Source of the DNA: Clostridia bacterium | Lineage (GTDB): Bacteria; Bacillota; Clostridia; Oscillospirales; CAG-272 | Length of the DNA stretch: 64,000 nt | Direction: 5' to 3' | Assembly: GCA_017501245.1 (NCBI GenBank) | Contig: JAFVXI010000030.1 | Location: forward strand, 7,821 to 71,820 | Shown: in pieces, positions 61,260 to 64,000 of the stretch | Position numbering within the stretch: position 1 is the first letter of the stretch | Layout of the letters: each line of letters begins with the position of its first letter | Notes under the pieces: generated by a model | The model's input: the letters and a program-made list of their open reading frames with translations, nothing else | Database searches by the model: none | Told to the model about the DNA's origin: nothing | Translations under genes and position numbers: made by a program

Positions 61260-62225
61260 ATGAATAAGATGATGTCCGAGCTTTATTCCATCGGTCTTAT
61301 CCCCGTTATCAAGATCGAGAACCCCGATGACGCAGTTCCGCTTGCTAAGGCGCTTATCGACGGCGGACTTCCCGCAGCTGAGATCACCTTCAGGACCAAG
61401 TGTGCCGCTGAGGCTATCAAGAATATCACCGAGGCATATCCCGAGATGCTCGTAGGTGCGGGCACCGTGCTTACCACCGAGCAGGTTGACGCCGCTATCG
61501 CAGCGGGCTCCAAGTTCCTCGTTTCCCCCGGTCTTAACCCCAAGGTAACCGCATATGCGCTCTCCAAGGGCGTTCCCATGCTCCCCGGCTGCTCTAACCC
61601 CTCTGACATCGAGGCGGCTCTTGAGCTTGGTCTCTCCACCGTTAAGTTCTTCCCCGCAGAGGCTGCAGGCGGTCTTAAGATGCTTAAGGCTATGGCTGCT
61701 CCCTACGGTCAGCTCACCTTCATGCCTACCGGCGGCGTAAACGAGAACAACCTTCTCGACTATCTCAAGTTCAACAAGATCGTTGCTTGCGGCGGCTCCT
61801 TCATGGTTAAGGACGAGCTCGTAAAGGAGAAGAAGTGGGACGAGATCACCGCCCTCACCAAGAATGCCGTTAAGATCATGCTCGGCCTTGAGTTCACTCA
61901 TATGGGCATCAATGCAGGCTCTCCCGAGGAGGCTGCAAAGGGCGCTAAGCTCTTCGACGCTATGTTCGGCATGGCAAACAGAGAGACCAGCAAGTCCATC
62001 TTCGCAGGCGATGCGTTTGAGTTTATGTGCAAGCCCGCACCCGGCGCACACGGCCACATCGGCATCAAGACTCATTTCGTAGACCGTGCGATGGCATACT
62101 TCAAGAGGCAGGGCTTCGCCTTCGACGAGGAGAGCATCACCTACGACGACAAGACCGGAAAGCCCAAGTTCGTTTACTTCAAGGATGAGGTCTGCGGCTT
62201 CGCTATCCACCTCGTTCAGAAATAA
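61260..62225 (+). CDS. eda: KDPG/KHG aldolase with C-terminal extension
   Basis: AEITFRT, VGAGTV, VSPG, VKFFPAE, MPTGGV; extra ~110 aa ending GFAIHL. Confidence 0.92.
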   Translation: MNKMMSELYSIGLIPVIKIENPDDAVPLAKALIDGGLPAAEITFRTKCAAEAIKNITEAYPEMLVGAGTVLTTEQVDAAIAAGSKFLVSPGLNPKVTAYALSKGVPMLPGCSNPSDIEAALELGLSTVKFFPAEAAGGLKMLKAMAAPYGQLTFMPTGGVNENNLLDYLKFNKIVACGGSFMVKDELVKEKKWDEITALTKNAVKIMLGLEFTHMGINAGSPEEAAKGAKLFDAMFGMANRETSKSIFAGDAFEFMCKPAPGAHGHIGIKTHFVDRAMAYFKRQGFAFDEESITYDDKTGKPKFVYFKDEVCGFAIHLVQK

Positions 62226-62253
62226 TAGCTATTATCCCGTCGGCATCCCGACG

Positions 62254-62292
62254 AAAAAAGGCTCGGACAGAGATCTTCTGCCCGAGCCTTTT
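62254..62292. terminator. Intrinsic terminator
   Basis: AAAAAGGCTCGGACAGA...TCTGCCCGAGCCTTTT. Confidence 0.8.
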
Positions 62293-62455
62293 GCTTTTTA
62301 TTATTCAAGCTCTATTCAAGTATGATCTTTGAAACGCTAAAGCCCGTTCTCGTTGTGCTTCATCGGTCGTGGCTTGTGCGTCGATGCACATCAGGGCGTC
62401 GGTCGTGGTGTGTGCCTCGTGGAGCTTCCGAGCGTCGGTCAGGAGAGCTATAAGG

Positions 62456-62665
62456 CTATAACGGCCGATCATTTGCGTCGGTGTCGGCAGGGGGCGGCAT
62501 CTCGATCTTTCCCTCCGCCTCCTCAAATGCACGGATCTCCTGACGGATGAGATAAAGAATCTCGCCGTTTGCCGACCTTCCGTAATACTTTGAAATATAG
62601 TGTAGCTTGTAGTGAAGCTCGGGGTCGATCTCTATGCCAAGATGCTTATTTTTCTTATTTCTCAT
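62456..62665 (-). CDS. Arc/ribbon-helix-helix family DNA-binding protein
   Basis: KHLGIEIDPELHYKLHYISKYYGRSANGEILYLI strand-helix-GRS-helix pattern; GGAG RBS. Confidence 0.78.
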   Translation of the reverse strand: MRNKKNKHLGIEIDPELHYKLHYISKYYGRSANGEILYLIRQEIRAFEEAEGKIEMPPPADTDANDRPL

Positions 62666-62693
62666 AATAACAATCTCCAAATAAACTTAAATT

Positions 62694-62754
62694 AAGTATA
62701 TTTTAAGATTATTTTGTGGTATAATGTTGTAAGTATACTTAAAATGAGTATACT
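62694..62754. promoter_or_regulatory. AGTATACT palindromes in a divergent promoter region
   Basis: TAAGTATACTTA 62730-62741, AGTATACT 62747-62754, AAGTATATTT 62694-62703; TGGTATAAT extended -10 between them. Confidence 0.55.
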
Positions 62755-62776
62755 AAAAATTGGGGGTGAGAGAATA

Positions 62777-63139
62777 GTGAGGATAGCGGTTATAGGGTCG
62801 AGATCAATAAAAGACATAGAGCTTGAGGGGTTATTACCGCCCTGTGAGGAGATTATTACGGGCGGTGCCGTTGGCATAGATCGGATAGCAGAGCAGTATG
62901 CAAGGCATATGCGCATCCATCTCACGGTGATAACTCCCGATTATGCTCACTATGGTAGAGCGGCACCGCTGGTACGGGATAGGTAGATCGTTGATAGAGC
63001 GGATTATGTTTTCGCCTTATGGGACGGCTTTTCACGTGGTACTAAATACGTGATAGATTATGCTGTTAAAACAGGCAAGCCTTGCGAGGTGAAGATTATA
63101 AGCACATCTGATAATCAATCGATTTCAGAAAGGAAATAA
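62777..63139 (+). pseudogene. SLOG-superfamily (YspA/DUF2493-like) gene interrupted by an in-frame TAG
   Basis: RIAVIGSR..ITGGAVGID..PDY..YGRAAPLVRDR*IVDRADYVFALWDGFSRGTKYVIDYA; TAG at 62984-62986, frame open to TAA at 63137-63139. Confidence 0.8.
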
Positions 63140-63214
63140 GGAATTCCCCGGAGATATAGATAAAGCATTTCTACCCATAATACATAAAAAATGTAAATAA
63201 AACCTTTCAAAAAT

Positions 63215-63252
63215 AAAGCAAGTCCCGAAACAATCTCAGGACTTGCTTTTTC
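63215..63252. terminator. Bidirectional intrinsic terminator
   Basis: AAAGCAAGTCC...GGACTTGCTTTTT. Confidence 0.78.
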
Positions 63253-63285
63253 ATGCTATTGTATTATAGAAGTGTAAAGTCGGAT

Positions 63286-64000
63286 TTACTCAAGTATGAT
63301 CTTCGTTACGCCGATGCGTGCGTTTCCGATCGCCTTAACGATGCTGACGAGCAGCTCGCCCTCGGATGCGGGCATCCTGAGGATGTCGAGGTTGATTACG
63401 TCTCTGTCCTCCTGATATGCCTTCATATGGATGCGCACGTTCTGCTTTCCGTTTGCGATGATGGTCTCTTCAACGATCTCTCTTATCCTGCTGATAATCA
63501 GCTGATCGGTGGGGCGGCGGAAGATGATCTTTGCACGCTTGGAGATGAAGCGAGCCTCCTCTGCGCGTCTTGCCTCCTCGGCAAGTCTCTCGGCTTCGAG
63601 TCTCTTTGCCTCTTCCTCCTCACGGCGGCGCTCCTCAGCGAGCCTCTCGGCCTCAAGTCTCTCGGCTTCAAGCCTTTCAGCCTCCAGCCTCTCACGCTCC
63701 AGGCGTATAGCCTCGTTGCGTGCGTCGAGCTCCTTTCTGCGTTGCTCCTCAACGGCGATCCTCGCCGCCTCGGCAAGCCTGTCACGCTCACGTGCCTCGG
63801 CTCTCTCCTTGGCCTCAAGCTCGGCTCTGAGCTGCTCCTCGGTAGCACGGGCACGCTCTGAGGTTTCAAGATGGTCGCTGACCTCTCTTGCGTGCATCTC
63901 CTCGGCGCTCCTCGCCGCTCTCGCAAGCCTCTCGTTTTCTTCCTTCAGCGCACGGCTCTCGGCTAGGAGTCTCTCGATCTCGGCCTCTGCCTTCGCTCTT
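63286..64000 (-). CDS. Hypothetical E/R/A-rich coiled-coil protein, 5' end outside the window
   Basis: Frame is open from the window edge (RAKAEAEIERLL...) through LEAER repeats to a globular C-terminus. Confidence 0.75.
   Translation of the reverse strand, partial: RAKAEAEIERLLAESRALKEENERLARAARSAEEMHAREVSDHLETSERARATEEQLRAELEAKERAEARERDRLAEAARIAVEEQRRKELDARNEAIRLERERLEAERLEAERLEAERLAEERRREEEEAKRLEAERLAEEARRAEEARFISKRAKIIFRRPTDQLIISRIREIVEETIIANGKQNVRIHMKAYQEDRDVINLDILRMPASEGELLVSIVKAIGNARIGVTKIILE

Overview
Chromosomal window from a moderately GC-rich, spore-forming Clostridia-type Firmicute (evidence: spoIIAA-AB-sigF operon, CIRCE before groESL, T-box before valS, AddB-type nuclease). Most of it is housekeeping: a YgiQ-like radical SAM gene, pcrA, a parvulin, rsmF, trmK/nif3, prfB without its usual frameshift, dapA, queA, ansA, rlmA, ruvX, thiI, valS, groESL, and a uronate catabolism set (kduI fusion, kduD-like SDR, GH88, eda). 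No rRNA, tRNA, CRISPR array, integrase or transposase was recognised. Five things stand out. (1) A dispersed family of non-coding 'beads-on-a-string' arrays, in which a constant RYGATAT linker joins short hairpins whose stems recur with different loops (four loci). (2) Two paralogous giant Cys/His-repeat lipoproteins (3454 and 1580 aa), each with a central HFS-motif domain that may self-cleave. (3) An orphan phage-like switch: a LexA/CI-type repressor divergent from two small genes, one ArpU/RinA-like, directly upstream of spoIIA. (4) Two AT-rich modules of a small DNA-binding protein divergent from a SLOG-like gene, one with an in-frame TAG. (5) A cluster of DnaA-box-like motifs upstream of pcrA. 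All functional calls come from recognising motifs by eye; no database search was run.
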